Of a DNA stretch of 64,000 nucleotides, positions 41,092-52,003 are shown piece by piece. The notes beneath the pieces were generated by a model. That model was not told the DNA's origin, did not search any database, and was given only the letters and a program-made list of their open reading frames with translations. Position 1 is the first letter of the stretch, and every line of letters begins with the position of its first letter. Made by a program: the position numbers and the translations under genes. Source of the stretch: Paracoccus sp. (in: a-proteobacteria) (GTDB lineage Bacteria; Pseudomonadota; Alphaproteobacteria; Rhodobacterales; Rhodobacteraceae); contig NZ_JBKBVD010000010.1 of assembly GCF_046289755.1 (NCBI RefSeq), forward strand, positions 12,597-76,596. Reading direction: 5' to 3'.

Positions 41092-42591
41092 ATGCTGTTG
41101 TCGATCCGCTCGCTGAGCAAGGTCTTTCCCGGCACCCGCGCGCTGGACGATGTCGATCTGGACATTGCGGCGGGCGAGGTTCACGCCCTGCTGGGCGAGA
41201 ATGGTGCCGGCAAATCGACGCTGATCAAATGCCTGACCGGCGCCTATCTGCGCGACGGCGGCACGATCACTCTGGAGGGGGTGCCCATCGACCCCCGATC
41301 CACACTTGAGGCGCAGGAACTGGGCATCGGCACCGTCTATCAGGAGGTGAACCTGCTGCCGAACCTGACCGTGGCGCAGAACCTGATGTTCGGACGAGAG
41401 CCGCGCCGTTTCGGGCTGATCGACAGCCGCGCCACGCGGGTCGCTGCGCGGGACACGCTGCGCCGGTATGGCCTGCAGATCGACGTGGACCGCGATCTGG
41501 GCAGCTATTCGGTCGCCATCCAGCAGATCATCGCCATCGCGCGGGCGGTCGAGATTTCGGGCAAGGTGCTGATCCTCGATGAGCCGACGGCCAGTCTGGA
41601 CGCGCGCGAGGTGCGCATGGTCTTTGACGTGGTGCGCGATCTGCGCGCGCGCGGCATGGCGATCATCTTCGTGTCGCATTTTCTGGATCAGGTGTTTGAA
41701 CTGGCCGATCAGGTGACGGTGCTGCGCAATGGCCGCAAGGTGGCCAGCCAGCCGACCGCCAGCCTTGGCCGCATGTCGCTGGTCGAACAGATGCTGGGCC
41801 GCGCGCTGGAAGAGGCCGTGGCCACCCCCCGCGCCGACGGCCACACAGCCACCCTGCCGCCGTTGCTGCAGGTCGAAGGCATGGGCCGGACCGGTGTGGT
41901 CGATCCGTTCGACCTGAGGGTGGGCGTGGGCGAGGTGGTCGGGCTGGCGGGGCTGCTGGGCTCGGGCCGCACCGAAACCGCCGAAATGCTGTTTGGCATC
42001 CGCCCGGCGCAGACCGGCCAGGTGCGCGACAGTGCCGGGCCTGTGGACCTGCGCACGCCCCGCGCGGCGATTGCGGCGGGCTTTGGCTTTGCCCCCGAGG
42101 ACCGCAAGACCGACGGCATCGTGGCCGACCTGTCGATCCGCGAGAACATCATTCTGGGTCTTCAGGCCCGCCGGGGCTGGGCGCGCCCGATCCCGCGCGC
42201 CGAACAGAACCGGCTGGCCGATGACTATATCAAGCGGCTCGACATCCGCACCTCGGGCCGCGAAAAACCCATCGGAGAGCTGTCGGGCGGCAATCAGCAA
42301 AAAGTCGTTCTGGCCCGCTGGCTGGCGATGAACCCGCGCTTTCTGATCCTTGATGAACCGACGCGCGGCATTGATGTCGGCGCGCATGCCGAAATCCTGC
42401 GCCTGATCCAGACGCTGACGACCGGGGGCATGTCGGTGCTGGTCATCAGCAGCGAGCTGGACGAGATGGTCGCCGTGGCCGACCGCGTGATCGTGCTGCG
42501 CGACCGCGCCCATGTCGCTGAACTGACCGGTATGCAGGTCAGTGCCGACGCCATCATGCGCGCCATCGCAACGCCGGGAGAGGCCGCATGA
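41092..42591 (+). CDS. ytfR: Sugar ABC ATP-binding protein YtfR
   Basis: [14 protein letters not shown] twice, [16 protein letters not shown]. Confidence 0.88.
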   Translation: MLLSIRSLSKVFPGTRALDDVDLDIAAGEVHALLGENGAGKSTLIKCLTGAYLRDGGTITLEGVPIDPRSTLEAQELGIGTVYQEVNLLPNLTVAQNLMFGREPRRFGLIDSRATRVAARDTLRRYGLQIDVDRDLGSYSVAIQQIIAIARAVEISGKVLILDEPTASLDAREVRMVFDVVRDLRARGMAIIFVSHFLDQVFELADQVTVLRNGRKVASQPTASLGRMSLVEQMLGRALEEAVATPRADGHTATLPPLLQVEGMGRTGVVDPFDLRVGVGEVVGLAGLLGSGRTETAEMLFGIRPAQTGQVRDSAGPVDLRTPRAAIAAGFGFAPEDRKTDGIVADLSIRENIILGLQARRGWARPIPRAEQNRLADDYIKRLDIRTSGREKPIGELSGGNQQKVVLARWLAMNPRFLILDEPTRGIDVGAHAEILRLIQTLTTGGMSVLVISSELDEMVAVADRVIVLRDRAHVAELTGMQVSADAIMRAIATPGEAA

Positions 42592-43595
42592 CCCTGTTGA
42601 CCCGCATCGCCCCGCAACTGATCGCGCTGGCGGCGCTGATTGCGCTGATCTCGGTCTTTTATCCGGGGTTTCTGTCGATCCATCATGACGGCGGGCGGCT
42701 GGTCGGCCCGGTCATCGACATCCTGAAACGTGCAGCCCCGGTGGCGTTGCTGGCGGTCGGCATGACGCTGGTGATCGCCACGCGCGGCATTGATCTGTCG
42801 GTCGGCGCGATCATGGCGATCTGCGGCGCGGTGGCGGCGCTGACGGTCGCCTCGGGGCAGGGGATGGCCATGGCGCTGCTGCTGGCGCTGGCCGCAGGCG
42901 CCATGGCGGGGCTGTGGAACGGCGTGCTGGTCGCGGTCATCGGCATCCAGCCGTTTGTCGCGACGCTGATCCTGATGACCATGGGCCGTGGTGTCGCGCA
43001 GCTGATCACCGAGGGGCGCATTCTGACCTTCACCGATCCGGGCTTTGCCTGGCTTGGCTCGGGGACCGCGCTTGGCCTGCCGGTGCCGGTCTGGATCTGG
43101 CTGGCCACCGCCATTGCGGTCGCGGCGCTGATGCGGCGCACGGCGCTTGGCCTGCTGATCGAGGCGGTGGGCATCAACCGCCGTGCCGCGCGGCTGGCCG
43201 GGGTGAATGCGACCGTGCTGCTGGTCGCGGTCTATGTCGCCAGCGGCATCTGCGCGGCCTTCGCGGGCATTATCGTCACCGCCGACATCCGCGGCGCCGA
43301 CGCCAACAATGCCGGGCTGTGGCTGGAGCTGGACGCGATCCTTGCCGTGGTCATCGGCGGCAATTCCCTGCTGGGCGGGCGGTTCTCGATTGCGGCCTCG
43401 GTGCTGGGGGCGCTGATCATCCAGACCATCGGCGCGGGCATCCTGCTGGCGGGGTTTCCGTCGGAATACAATCTGATCATCAAGGCCGGGCTGGTGCTGG
43501 TCATCCTGATCCTGCAATCGCCGCGCATCGCCGCGGAATGGCGGCTGTGGCGCGACAGCCACCGCACGCAAGCCGCCAGAGAGGGCCGCACATGA
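42588..43595 (+). CDS. ytfT: Sugar ABC permease YtfT
   Basis: GIDLSVGA, IQPFVATL, ADANNAGLWLELDAI. Confidence 0.88.
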   Translation: MTLLTRIAPQLIALAALIALISVFYPGFLSIHHDGGRLVGPVIDILKRAAPVALLAVGMTLVIATRGIDLSVGAIMAICGAVAALTVASGQGMAMALLLALAAGAMAGLWNGVLVAVIGIQPFVATLILMTMGRGVAQLITEGRILTFTDPGFAWLGSGTALGLPVPVWIWLATAIAVAALMRRTALGLLIEAVGINRRAARLAGVNATVLLVAVYVASGICAAFAGIIVTADIRGADANNAGLWLELDAILAVVIGGNSLLGGRFSIAASVLGALIIQTIGAGILLAGFPSEYNLIIKAGLVLVILILQSPRIAAEWRLWRDSHRTQAAREGRT

Positions 43596-44566
43596 ACACC
43601 CGTGCCCTGCCGCTTTATGCGACGATCCTGATCTTTCTGGTGGCCTATGGTCTGGCCTGGACGCAGTTTCCCAATATCCTGTCCACGCGGGTCATCGGCA
43701 ACCTGCTGACCGACAATGCCTATCTGGGCATCGTCGCGGTGGGGATGACGCTGGTGATCCTGTCGGGCGGGATTGATCTGTCGGTGGGCTCGGTCATCGC
43801 CTTTTCGGGCGTGTTCATCGCGGTGATGCTGCGCGACACCGGCCTGCACCCGCTGGTGATCTTTGCGCTGCTGCTGGCGCTGACGGCGGCATTCGGCGGC
43901 GCGATGGGGTTTCTGATCCACCGGCTGACGATGCCCGCCTTTATCGTCACGCTGGCGGGGATGTTTCTGGCGCGCGGCGCGGCCTATATGCTGTCGGTCC
44001 AGTCGGTGCCGATCGTGCATCCCTTTTACCGCACGCTGCAGAACGCCTATGTCCTGATGCCGGGCCGGGGGCGGCTGACGCTGATCGGGGTGCTGATGCT
44101 GCTGGTCGTGGTGACCGGCATGGTGATCGCGCATCGCACCCGCTTTGGCGCCAGCGTCTATGCGCTTGGCGGCGGCGAGCAGACCGCGCGGCTGATGGGC
44201 GTGCAGCAGGGGCGCACGACGGTGCTGGTCTATGCGTTCTCGGGGCTGATGGCGGGGCTGTCGGGAATCGTGTTTTCGGTCTACACTGGCTCGGGCTATT
44301 CGCTGGCGACGGTGGGGACCGAGCTGACCGCGATTGCCGCCGTGGTCATTGGCGGCACGCTGCTGTCGGGCGGGGCGGGCTATGTCTTTGGCACTCTGGT
44401 CGGCGTGTTGACCATGGGGCTGATCCAGACCTACATCGTCTTTGACGGCTCGCTGTCCAGCTGGTGGACCAAGATCGTGATCGGCCTGCTGCTGCTGGCC
44501 TTCATCCTGCTGCAAAAGGGGTTGCTGATGCTGTCGCAAAGCCGTGCCCAGGGGCAGTCGTCGTGA
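43592..44566 (+). CDS. yjfF: Sugar ABC permease YjfF
   Basis: NLLTDNAYLG, GGIDLSVGS, FIVTLAGMFLARG, SSWWTKI. Confidence 0.88.
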   Translation: MNTRALPLYATILIFLVAYGLAWTQFPNILSTRVIGNLLTDNAYLGIVAVGMTLVILSGGIDLSVGSVIAFSGVFIAVMLRDTGLHPLVIFALLLALTAAFGGAMGFLIHRLTMPAFIVTLAGMFLARGAAYMLSVQSVPIVHPFYRTLQNAYVLMPGRGRLTLIGVLMLLVVVTGMVIAHRTRFGASVYALGGGEQTARLMGVQQGRTTVLVYAFSGLMAGLSGIVFSVYTGSGYSLATVGTELTAIAAVVIGGTLLSGGAGYVFGTLVGVLTMGLIQTYIVFDGSLSSWWTKIVIGLLLLAFILLQKGLLMLSQSRAQGQSS

Positions 44567-45543
44567 CCCCGGCGGACCATTTCGGAACCCTGCCCGACGG
44601 GCGCGAGATCGGCTGCGTCACCCTGCGCGACGGGGCGCTGAGCGCGCGGGTGCTGACCCTTGGTGCCATCGTGCAGGATCTGCGGCTGGAGGGCGTGGAA
44701 CACCCGCTGGTGCTGGGATGCCCGGACCCGGTGCAATATCTGGACAAGGGCCGCTATTTCGGCGCCATCGTCGGGCGCTTTGCCAACCGCATCGGCGGCG
44801 GGCGCTTTGTCCTCGACGGGCAGGACTATCGGACCGACCGCAATTTCCGGGGCCGCCACACGCTGCATGGCGGTGCGATGGGCACGGATATGCACCTGTG
44901 GCAGATCGAGGCGCGGACCGATGCGGGCGTCATCCTGTCGCTGCGGCTGGAAGACGGCGATATGGGCTTTCCCGGCGCCATCGACATCATGGCCGTGATC
45001 GCGCTGTCCGAGAATGGGCTGAGCATCTCGCTGTCGGCGCGCAGCGACCGGGCCACGCCCTGCAGCCTGACCCATCACGGCTATTTCGATCTGGACGGGC
45101 GCGGTGACATCCGCAACCACCGGCTGATGATCAATGCCGAGCATTACCTGCCCGTCGATGACGACCTGATCCCGGAAGGCTATATCGAGCCGGTCGCGGG
45201 CAACGATTTCGATTTCCGCCAGCCGCGCGCCATCGGCGATGCGGGATATGACCACAATTTCTGCCTGTCGCAGGCGCCCGGTGCGCTGCGCACGGTGGCG
45301 CGGCTGACCGGCGCGTCGGGCCTGTCGATGCGGGTCCAGACGACCGCCTGCGGGCTGCAGCTGTATGACGGGGCGCATCTGCGCGACATTCCCGGCCTCG
45401 ACGGGCGGGTCTATGGCCCTCATGCCGGTGTGGCGCTTGAGGCCCAGCACTGGCCCGACGCACCCAACCATCCGGGCTTTCCCGACGCGATCCTGCGGCC
45501 CGGCCAGCTGTATGCGGCGCGGACCTGCTATCATTTCGGCTGA
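44563..45543 (+). CDS. galM: Aldose 1-epimerase (galactose mutarotase)
   Basis: [44 protein letters not shown]; GTG start overlapping yjfF stop. Confidence 0.9.
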   Translation: MTPADHFGTLPDGREIGCVTLRDGALSARVLTLGAIVQDLRLEGVEHPLVLGCPDPVQYLDKGRYFGAIVGRFANRIGGGRFVLDGQDYRTDRNFRGRHTLHGGAMGTDMHLWQIEARTDAGVILSLRLEDGDMGFPGAIDIMAVIALSENGLSISLSARSDRATPCSLTHHGYFDLDGRGDIRNHRLMINAEHYLPVDDDLIPEGYIEPVAGNDFDFRQPRAIGDAGYDHNFCLSQAPGALRTVARLTGASGLSMRVQTTACGLQLYDGAHLRDIPGLDGRVYGPHAGVALEAQHWPDAPNHPGFPDAILRPGQLYAARTCYHFG

Positions 45544-45570
45544 TGCGGCACGGGCCGGGGCCGGGGGCCA

Positions 45571-45599
45571 CTGGACCTTGGCGCCGTTCTGGGCCATAT
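45571..45599 (+). promoter_or_regulatory. Candidate promoter CTGGAC-N17-CCATAT for NDUFA12-mlaD-DUF2155
   Basis: Close to the alphaproteobacterial CTTGAC-N17-CTATAT consensus. Confidence 0.45.
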
Positions 45600-45635
45600 C
45601 CCTTGGGGATCGACCGTTCAATGAGGTGGCTGCCC

Positions 45636-46010
45636 ATGTCCTTTCTGTTGCGCTTTCTGACCTGGTGGAACAGCCAGACGCTCAACACCCAGTTCTGGAC
45701 CTGGCGGAACGGGAAAAAGGTCGGCGAGGATGCCGGGGGCAACATCTTTTACCAGACCGCCGACGGCAAGCGCCGCTGGGTGATCTATAACGGCGAGGCC
45801 GAGGCCAGCCGCATCACGCCGGAATGGCATGGCTGGCTGCACCACACCTGGAACGAGCCGCCGACCGAACAGCCGCTGATCCACAAACCGTGGGAGCAGC
45901 CCCATATCCCCAACCTGACCGGCACGCCTGCGGCCTATGCGCCCGAAGGCTCGTTGATGCGGGCGCAGCCTGCGGCGCGGCGCGACTATGATGCGTGGCA
46001 GCCGGAGTAA
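45636..46010 (+). CDS. NADH:ubiquinone oxidoreductase subunit NDUFA12 (B17.2-like)
   Basis: [37 protein letters not shown]. Confidence 0.92.
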   Translation: MSFLLRFLTWWNSQTLNTQFWTWRNGKKVGEDAGGNIFYQTADGKRRWVIYNGEAEASRITPEWHGWLHHTWNEPPTEQPLIHKPWEQPHIPNLTGTPAAYAPEGSLMRAQPAARRDYDAWQPE

Positions 46011-46517
46011 ATGACCGCCCCGGTGCAACAGGTGGCGTCCCGGCAGGGCAGCGAGGCGCGGGCCGAGCTGATCGCCGGGGGTGTCGTTCTGGCGGTGGCT
46101 GCGGGCTTTCTGGCCTGGGCTGCGGGCGGATGGATGATGCCCGGCAGCGGCTATGAGGTCACGGCCTCGTTCCCCGATGTCGACGGAGTCAGCGTCGGCA
46201 CCGAGATCCGGCTGGCGGGTGTGCCCGTTGGCCGCGTTTCGGCCATCGCGCTGAACCCGCAGACCTATATGGCCGATGCCGTGCTGCGCCTGCCGCAGGG
46301 CATCGTGCTGCCCGCCGACAGCGCCGCGATCATCCAGTCCGACGGGCTGCTGGGCGGCGCCTATATCCAGATCCAGCCGGGCGGCAGCATGGACAACCTC
46401 GCCCCCGGAGACGAGATCGAAGAGGTGCAGGGCGCCGTCAGCCTGCTGCAGCTGATGATGAAATTCGTCGACAGTCAGGGCGGTGCCGGGGACAGCGCCG
46501 GGGATGATGCGCCATGA
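46011..46517 (+). CDS. mlaD: MCE/MlaD-domain protein
   Basis: N-terminal TM; DGVSVGTEIRLAGVPVGRV, SDGLLGGAYI, PGG. Confidence 0.85.
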   Translation: MTAPVQQVASRQGSEARAELIAGGVVLAVAAGFLAWAAGGWMMPGSGYEVTASFPDVDGVSVGTEIRLAGVPVGRVSAIALNPQTYMADAVLRLPQGIVLPADSAAIIQSDGLLGGAYIQIQPGGSMDNLAPGDEIEEVQGAVSLLQLMMKFVDSQGGAGDSAGDDAP

Positions 46518-46900
46518 GGTTGCTGGCCGCTGCCCTGTCGGCCTGTCTTGCAGCGACGGTTGCGCTGGCACAGGACGAGGCTCCCGTGCCGCCGTCTGGC
46601 CCGGAAACAGCACGGGCCACGGGTGCCCTGTTGCGTGGGCTGGACAAGGTGTCGGGCCGCAGCATGGACCTGCCGCTTGGCGTGGGCGAGGCGGTCCGCT
46701 ACGGGCGGCTTGAGATCCGGCTGGGCGAATGCCGCTATCCCGCAGCCAATCCCAGCGAAGACGCCTATGCACAACTGACCATCATCGACCTGCGCCAGAA
46801 CGCACAGGTCTTTGCCGGATGGATGCTGGCCAGCTCGCCCGCTTTGTCGGCGCTGGACGATGCCCGCTATGATGTCTGGGTGATTTCCTGCCAAAGCTGA
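46514..46900 (+). CDS. DUF2155 domain protein
   Basis: LRGLDKVSG, FAGWMLASSPALSALDDARYDVWVISC. Confidence 0.85.
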   Translation: MRLLAAALSACLAATVALAQDEAPVPPSGPETARATGALLRGLDKVSGRSMDLPLGVGEAVRYGRLEIRLGECRYPAANPSEDAYAQLTIIDLRQNAQVFAGWMLASSPALSALDDARYDVWVISCQS

Positions 46901-47496
46901 CCGGCATCGGGCAGGTCCGCGCCCCGGAAATCGGCGCGCCTGCGGATCGCCTGCGCCAGTTGACACCGATAGCTGTCGCGCGGAATCTCGATCCCGCCCA
47001 TGCGCGCCAGATGCGGCGTCAGGAACTGCGTGTCAAACAGCCTGAACCCGCAGCGCCGCAGATGTGACGAGGCCCAGAGCAGCGCCATTTTCGAGCCGTT
47101 GGTCTGGGTCGAGAACATCGACTCGCCAAAGAACGCGGCCCCCAGCGTGACACCGAATATGCCCCCGGCGCAGCGGCCGTTGTGCCGGATCTTGATCGCA
47201 TGGGCGTGGCCCGTCAGGTGCAGCCGATGATACAATGCGGACAGCGGGGCGTTGATCCATGTCGTGTCCCGCGCGGCACAGGCGGCCACCACAGCGTCGA
47301 AATCAGCGTCCCGATGCGCCGACCAGCCGCCGCGCCGCAGATCGCGCAGCAGCGAGCGAGAGGCATGCACGCCCCCCACCGGCAGCACCCCGCGCATCGG
47401 CGGATCGACCCAGAACAGCCGGTCATCCTCGGCGCTGTCAGCCATGGGGAAAATGCCCCGCGCATAACCATCCAGCAGGCGCGCGGGGCCAATCAC
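46867..47496 (-). CDS. aat: Leucyl/phenylalanyl-tRNA--protein transferase
   Basis: YARGIFPM, TWIN, GGIFGVTLGAAFFGESMFS, NGSK, FDTQFLTPHL. Confidence 0.93.
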   Translation of the reverse strand: MIGPARLLDGYARGIFPMADSAEDDRLFWVDPPMRGVLPVGGVHASRSLLRDLRRGGWSAHRDADFDAVVAACAARDTTWINAPLSALYHRLHLTGHAHAIKIRHNGRCAGGIFGVTLGAAFFGESMFSTQTNGSKMALLWASSHLRRCGFRLFDTQFLTPHLARMGGIEIPRDSYRCQLAQAIRRRADFRGADLPDAGQLWQEITQTS

Positions 47497-47503
47497 GCGG
47501 GCC

Positions 47504-48850
47504 TCAGGCGTAGTGCTTTTCCAGCCAGCGTTCCAGCCAGTGGATCGAGTAATCCCCCGTCTGGATGTCGGGCTCGTCCAGCAGCGCCCTGAACAGCGGC
47601 ACGGTCGTATCGACGCCGTCCACGATCAGCTCGCCCAGGGCACGCGACAGACGCGCCAGGGCCTCGTCGCGGTCGCGGCCATGCACGATCAGCTTGCCGA
47701 TCAGGCTGTCGTAATAGGGTGGGATCGAATAGCCCTGATACAGTGCCGAATCCATCCGCACGCCCAGACCGCCGGGGGCGTGATACTGGGTGATGCGACC
47801 GGGGCAGGGCGAGAAGCCGGGCACTTTTTCGGCGTTGATGCGCACCTCGATCGAGTGGCCGTTGATGACCAGATCTTCCTGATGGAACTCCATCGGCATG
47901 CCGGCGGCGACGCGGATCTGCTGGCGGACCAGATCGACACCGAAAATCGCCTCGGTCACAGGGTGTTCGACCTGAAGGCGGGTGTTCATCTCGATGAAAT
48001 AGAACTCGCCGTCTTCATAGAGAAATTCGATCGTGCCCGCGCCGGAATAGCCGATCTTGGCAATCGCATCGGCGCAAACCTTGCCGATGCGGTCGCGTTC
48101 CTCGGGGCTGATCGCGGGGCCGGGGGCCTCTTCCAGCACCTTCTGGTGGCGGCGCTGCAGCGAACAGTCGCGTTCGCCCAGATGCACGGCGCGACCGCGA
48201 CCGTCACCAAAGACCTGAATCTCGATATGGCGGGGGCGTTGCAGGTATTTCTCAAGGTAGACATCGGGATTGCCGAAGGCCGATTTCGCCTCGGCCCGTG
48301 CGGTGCGGAAGGCCACTTCCAGCCCGGCCTCGTTCTCGGCCACCTTCATGCCGCGCCCGCCGCCGCCTGCGGTGGCCTTGATGATCACCGGATAGCCGAT
48401 TTCAGCGGCGACCGCCTTGGCCTCATCGACATCGTTCACGCCACCCTCGCTGCCGGGCACGCAGGGCACGCCAAGCGCCTTCATCGTGTCCTTGGCGGTG
48501 ATCTTGTCGCCCATGATGCGGATATGTTCCGCGCGCGGGCCGATGAAGGTGATGTCGTGATCTTCCAGCATCTGCACGAAGCCGGCGTTTTCCGACAGGA
48601 AGCCATAGCCGGGATGGATCGCCTGCGCGCCGGTGATCTCGCAGGCCGAGATCAGCGCGGGCATCGACAGATAGGACAGCGTTGACGACGGCGGGCCGAT
48701 GCAGACCGATTCGTCGGCCATGCGCACATGCATCGCATCGGCATCGGCGGTGGAATGGACCGCGACGGATGCGATGCCCATCTCGCGGCAGGCCCGGATC
48801 ACGCGCAGCGCGATCTCGCCCCGGTTGGCGATAAGGATCTTGTCGAACAT
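47504..48850 (-). CDS. accC: Acetyl-CoA carboxylase biotin carboxylase subunit
   Basis: [48 protein letters not shown]. Confidence 0.98.
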   Translation of the reverse strand: MFDKILIANRGEIALRVIRACREMGIASVAVHSTADADAMHVRMADESVCIGPPSSTLSYLSMPALISACEITGAQAIHPGYGFLSENAGFVQMLEDHDITFIGPRAEHIRIMGDKITAKDTMKALGVPCVPGSEGGVNDVDEAKAVAAEIGYPVIIKATAGGGGRGMKVAENEAGLEVAFRTARAEAKSAFGNPDVYLEKYLQRPRHIEIQVFGDGRGRAVHLGERDCSLQRRHQKVLEEAPGPAISPEERDRIGKVCADAIAKIGYSGAGTIEFLYEDGEFYFIEMNTRLQVEHPVTEAIFGVDLVRQQIRVAAGMPMEFHQEDLVINGHSIEVRINAEKVPGFSPCPGRITQYHAPGGLGVRMDSALYQGYSIPPYYDSLIGKLIVHGRDRDEALARLSRALGELIVDGVDTTVPLFRALLDEPDIQTGDYSIHWLERWLEKHYA

Positions 48851-48854
48851 GGGC

Positions 48855-49364
48855 TTACTCGACGATCATCAGCAGGGTGCCGAATTCGACCGGGCTGCCG
48901 TCATCGACCAGAATGCGCTTGACCGTGCCCGCGCGGGGCGAGGGGATGTGGTTCATGGTCTTCATCGCCTCGACGATCATCAGCGTCTCGCCCTCGGCCA
49001 CGGCCTGCCCGATCTGCACGAAGGCGGCAGCGCCCGGCTCGGCCGACAGATAGGCGGTGCCGACCATGGGCGAGGCCACCGCGCCCGGATGGCTGGCCAG
49101 ATCCTCGCCTGCGGCAGGGGCGGCCAGCGCGGGGACGCCAGCGGCGGGCGCGGCGGCGGCGGGGGCTGCCTGCGGCGCGGGGGCTGAGGCATAGACGACC
49201 TGCTTGCCCTGCTTGGTCAGGCTGATGGTCAGGCGGTCATGTTCGCCATATTCGCGTTTGACCGAGATCTCGTTCAGCTCGCTTGCATTCAGCAATTCGG
49301 CCAGCGACCGGATAAAGGCCACATCGCCCTCGTGGTGCTTGCCGTCGTTGGAATCGTTGCTCAT
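48855..49364 (-). CDS. accB: Biotin carboxyl carrier protein
   Basis: [15 protein letters not shown] biotinylation motif; start chosen after GAGGA. Confidence 0.96.
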   Translation of the reverse strand: MSNDSNDGKHHEGDVAFIRSLAELLNASELNEISVKREYGEHDRLTISLTKQGKQVVYASAPAPQAAPAAAAPAAGVPALAAPAAGEDLASHPGAVASPMVGTAYLSAEPGAAAFVQIGQAVAEGETLMIVEAMKTMNHIPSPRAGTVKRILVDDGSPVEFGTLLMIVE

Positions 49365-49515
49365 GCCGTCCTCTGCCATGTTCTGGTCTGGCCGCTTTCT
49401 GTGCGGCGATTGCAGGGCTTATAGCCTTTCCGGCTGCCCAAGGGGAAGGGTCTGGCGGCGCCCCGGACGCATCAGGCCCGGATTTGGCCGCAGATTGGCC
49501 GCAGAGCCGTCATGT

Positions 49516-49830
49516 TCAGCCGTCGCGCGCGGCTTTTTCGGCCAGTCCCGAGACGCCTTCGCGGCGCGAAAGCTCGGCCTCGACATCGGCCAGGCTGACA
49601 TCGCGGGCGGCCAGCATCACCAGCAGGTGAAAGATCACATCGGCGGCCTCGGCGGTCAGGCGGGCGCGGTCGCCGCGCACGGCCTCGATCACCGCCTCGA
49701 TGGCCTCTTCGCCGAATTTCTCGGCGCATTTCTCGGGGCCTTTGGCCAGCAGTTTGGCGGTCCAGCTGCTGTCCGGGTCGGCGTCGCGGCGGGTCTGGAT
49801 GGTGGCGGCAAGCCGTTCGATCGCGTTCAT
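49516..49830 (-). CDS. hisE: Phosphoribosyl-ATP diphosphatase
   Basis: [31 protein letters not shown]. Confidence 0.95.
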   Translation of the reverse strand: MNAIERLAATIQTRRDADPDSSWTAKLLAKGPEKCAEKFGEEAIEAVIEAVRGDRARLTAEAADVIFHLLVMLAARDVSLADVEAELSRREGVSGLAEKAARDG

Positions 49831-50588
49831 GTCAGCCTCATGGGAATACCTGCGGCGGCCATATGGGCCTTGGCCTCGGCGATGGTATGGGTGCCGAAAT
49901 GAAAGATGCTGGCGGCCAGAACGGCGCTGGCATGCCCCTCGGTCACGCCCTCGACCAGGTGATCCAGCGTGCCGACTCCGCCCGAGGCGATGACGGGGAT
50001 GTTGACCGCATCGGCAATCGCGCGGGTGAGGGGAAGGTTGAAGCCCGCCCGCGTGCCGTCGCGGTCCATCGAGGTCAGCAGGATCTCTCCGGCGCCTTTC
50101 GCCTCGACCAGACGGGCGAATTCGACCGCGTCGATGCCGGTGGGCTTGCGCCCGCCATGGGTGAAGATCTGCCATTGCCCCGGCGCCACGGTCTTGGCGT
50201 CGATGGCCACGACAATGCACTGGCTGCCGAATCGGTCGGCGGCGGCGGCCACGACATCGGGGTCCGCGACAGCGGCCGAGTTGAAGCTGACCTTGTCGGC
50301 CCCCGCCAGCAGCAGCGCGCGCACGTCCAGATGGCTGCGCACCCCGCCGCCCACGGTCAGCGGCACGAAGCATTGTTCCGCCGTGCGGGTCACCAGATCG
50401 AACATGGTGCCGCGGTTTTCATGGGTGGCATGGATGTCGAGAAAGCAGATCTCGTCGGCACCGGCGGCGTCATAGGCACGGGCGGCCTCGACCGGGTCAC
50501 CGGCGTCGATCAGGTCGACGAAGTTCACGCCCTTGACCACGCGGCCATCGGCCACGTCGAGGCAGGGGATGATGCGGGTCTTGAGCAT
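49827..50588 (-). CDS. hisF: Imidazole glycerol phosphate synthase subunit HisF
   Basis: [42 protein letters not shown]. Confidence 0.98.
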   Translation of the reverse strand: MLKTRIIPCLDVADGRVVKGVNFVDLIDAGDPVEAARAYDAAGADEICFLDIHATHENRGTMFDLVTRTAEQCFVPLTVGGGVRSHLDVRALLLAGADKVSFNSAAVADPDVVAAAADRFGSQCIVVAIDAKTVAPGQWQIFTHGGRKPTGIDAVEFARLVEAKGAGEILLTSMDRDGTRAGFNLPLTRAIADAVNIPVIASGGVGTLDHLVEGVTEGHASAVLAASIFHFGTHTIAEAKAHMAAAGIPMRLT

Positions 50589-50654
50589 CGGGTGCGCCTT
50601 TGGCTTGGGCTGTCGGGGGGCTTTTAGCGCAGGCTGGCGCGGGGGGCCAGCGGG

Positions 50655-50720
50655 GAGGGGGGGCGCTGCCCCCCATCGCGCGAAGGGCGCGATTCCCCCC
50701 GGGATATTTTCGTGAAGAAG
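50655..50720 (-). repeat. REP-like intergenic element, copy 2, between hisA and hisF
   Basis: Minus strand cttcttcacgaaaatatcccgggggg-atcgcgcccttcgcgcgat-gggggg-cagcg-ccccccc; same core as 19755-19810. Confidence 0.5.
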
Positions 50721-50726
50721 AGGGGG

Positions 50727-51443
50727 TCAGGCGAGGGCGGCGAGGGCCTCGCGCAGGTCGAGCGCGCCGTCGTAGAGGGCGCGGCCCGAGATGGCGCCCG
50801 CGATGACGCCGGTGGCGGCCAGGGCCTGCAGGTCGGCCAGCGACGAGACCCCGCCCGAGGCGATGACCGGGATGGCGACGGCGCGGGCCAGCGCCTCGGT
50901 CGCGGCGAGATTGGGGCCGCCCATGGCGCCGTCGCGGTCGATGTCGGTGTAGATGATGGCAGCGACGCCTGCGTCCTGGAAGCGGCGGGCGAGGTCGGTG
51001 GCGTCGATCTCGGTCTCGGTCGCCCAGCCACGGGTGGCGACGCGGCCCTTGCGGGCGTCGATGCCCACCGCGATGCGGCCCGGAAAGGCGGCGGCGGCCT
51101 CGGTCACCAAGGCCGGGTTCTCGACCGCCACCGTGCCCAGGATCACCCGGTCGAGGCCGCGTGCCAGCCAGGTCTCGATGGTGGCCATGTCGCGGATGCC
51201 GCCGCCCAACTGGGCGGGGATCGAGGTGGCGCCGAGGATCGCCTCGACGGCCGCCGCATTGACCGGGTGGCCTGCAAAGGCGCCGTTCAGGTCGACGAGG
51301 TGCAGGTATTGTGCCCCCGCATCCTGGAAGGCGCGGGCCTGTGCGGCCGGATCGGTGCCGAAGACGGTGGCCTTGTGCATGTCGCCGCGCAGCAGGCGGA
51401 CGCAGTTGCCGTCCTTGAGGTCAATGGCGGGGTAGAGGATCAT
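50727..51443 (-). CDS. hisA: ProFAR isomerase HisA
   Basis: [44 protein letters not shown]. Confidence 0.97.
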   Translation of the reverse strand: MILYPAIDLKDGNCVRLLRGDMHKATVFGTDPAAQARAFQDAGAQYLHLVDLNGAFAGHPVNAAAVEAILGATSIPAQLGGGIRDMATIETWLARGLDRVILGTVAVENPALVTEAAAAFPGRIAVGIDARKGRVATRGWATETEIDATDLARRFQDAGVAAIIYTDIDRDGAMGGPNLAATEALARAVAIPVIASGGVSSLADLQALAATGVIAGAISGRALYDGALDLREALAALA

Positions 51444-51584
51444 GGCGCGCTCCGGTCGGGTCTGGGGATCGGGCTGTCTTTGGCATGCGGGGTGGCCGCG
51501 CGTAAAGGGGCGGCGGACCTGACGTCATGCTTGCCAGCCGGAAGGGCATGCGCGCAATCTGGGCCATCCTGAGGAGGAGGAACC

Positions 51585-51968
51585 ATGCGTCATATCATTC
51601 TGGCCGGTGCTTTTGTGCTGGGGGCGGGCGCGGCGAGCGCCGACCCGATCGAAGGGATATGGCAGACCCAGCCCGATGAGGGCAGTTTCGCCCATGTGAC
51701 GGTTGCGCCTTGTGGCGGCGCCTATTGTGGCACCATCACCCGCACATTCCGCGATCAGGCCGAGTACCCCTCGCCCAATCTTGGCCTGCAGATCGTCATC
51801 GACATGGCCGCGACGGGCGGCGGCAATTATCAGGGCCGGGTCTGGCGCCCGGCGAATGACCGCATCTATGCCGGCAAGGCCGCTGTGTCCGGTGACAGGA
51901 TGAGCCTGTCGGGATGTGTCGCGGGCGGGCTGCTGTGCAAGAGCCAGACCTGGGTCCGGGTACAGTAA
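51585..51968 (+). CDS. DUF2147 domain secreted protein
   Basis: Signal peptide; DPIEGIWQT, CGGAYCG, GCVAGGLLCKSQTW; strong GAGGAGG RBS. Confidence 0.88.
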   Translation: MRHIILAGAFVLGAGAASADPIEGIWQTQPDEGSFAHVTVAPCGGAYCGTITRTFRDQAEYPSPNLGLQIVIDMAATGGGNYQGRVWRPANDRIYAGKAAVSGDRMSLSGCVAGGLLCKSQTWVRVQ

Positions 51969-52003
51969 CGCCGTCGGGACCGGGTTTCAGACCCGGGCGC
52001 GCC

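Noticed and set aside
29497-45556. Imperfect direct repeat at island ends (ggctgacgcccggcagggcc versus ggctgatgcggcacgggcc)
   Set aside because: Needs gaps, both begin at a GGC-TGA stop, and chance similarity is likely in GC-rich DNA; not accepted as an att or target duplication
49516-50373. 285-aa ORF suggesting an extended or fused hisE
   Set aside because: Upstream part is an alternate frame of hisF; hisE starts at 49830 by ATGA overlap
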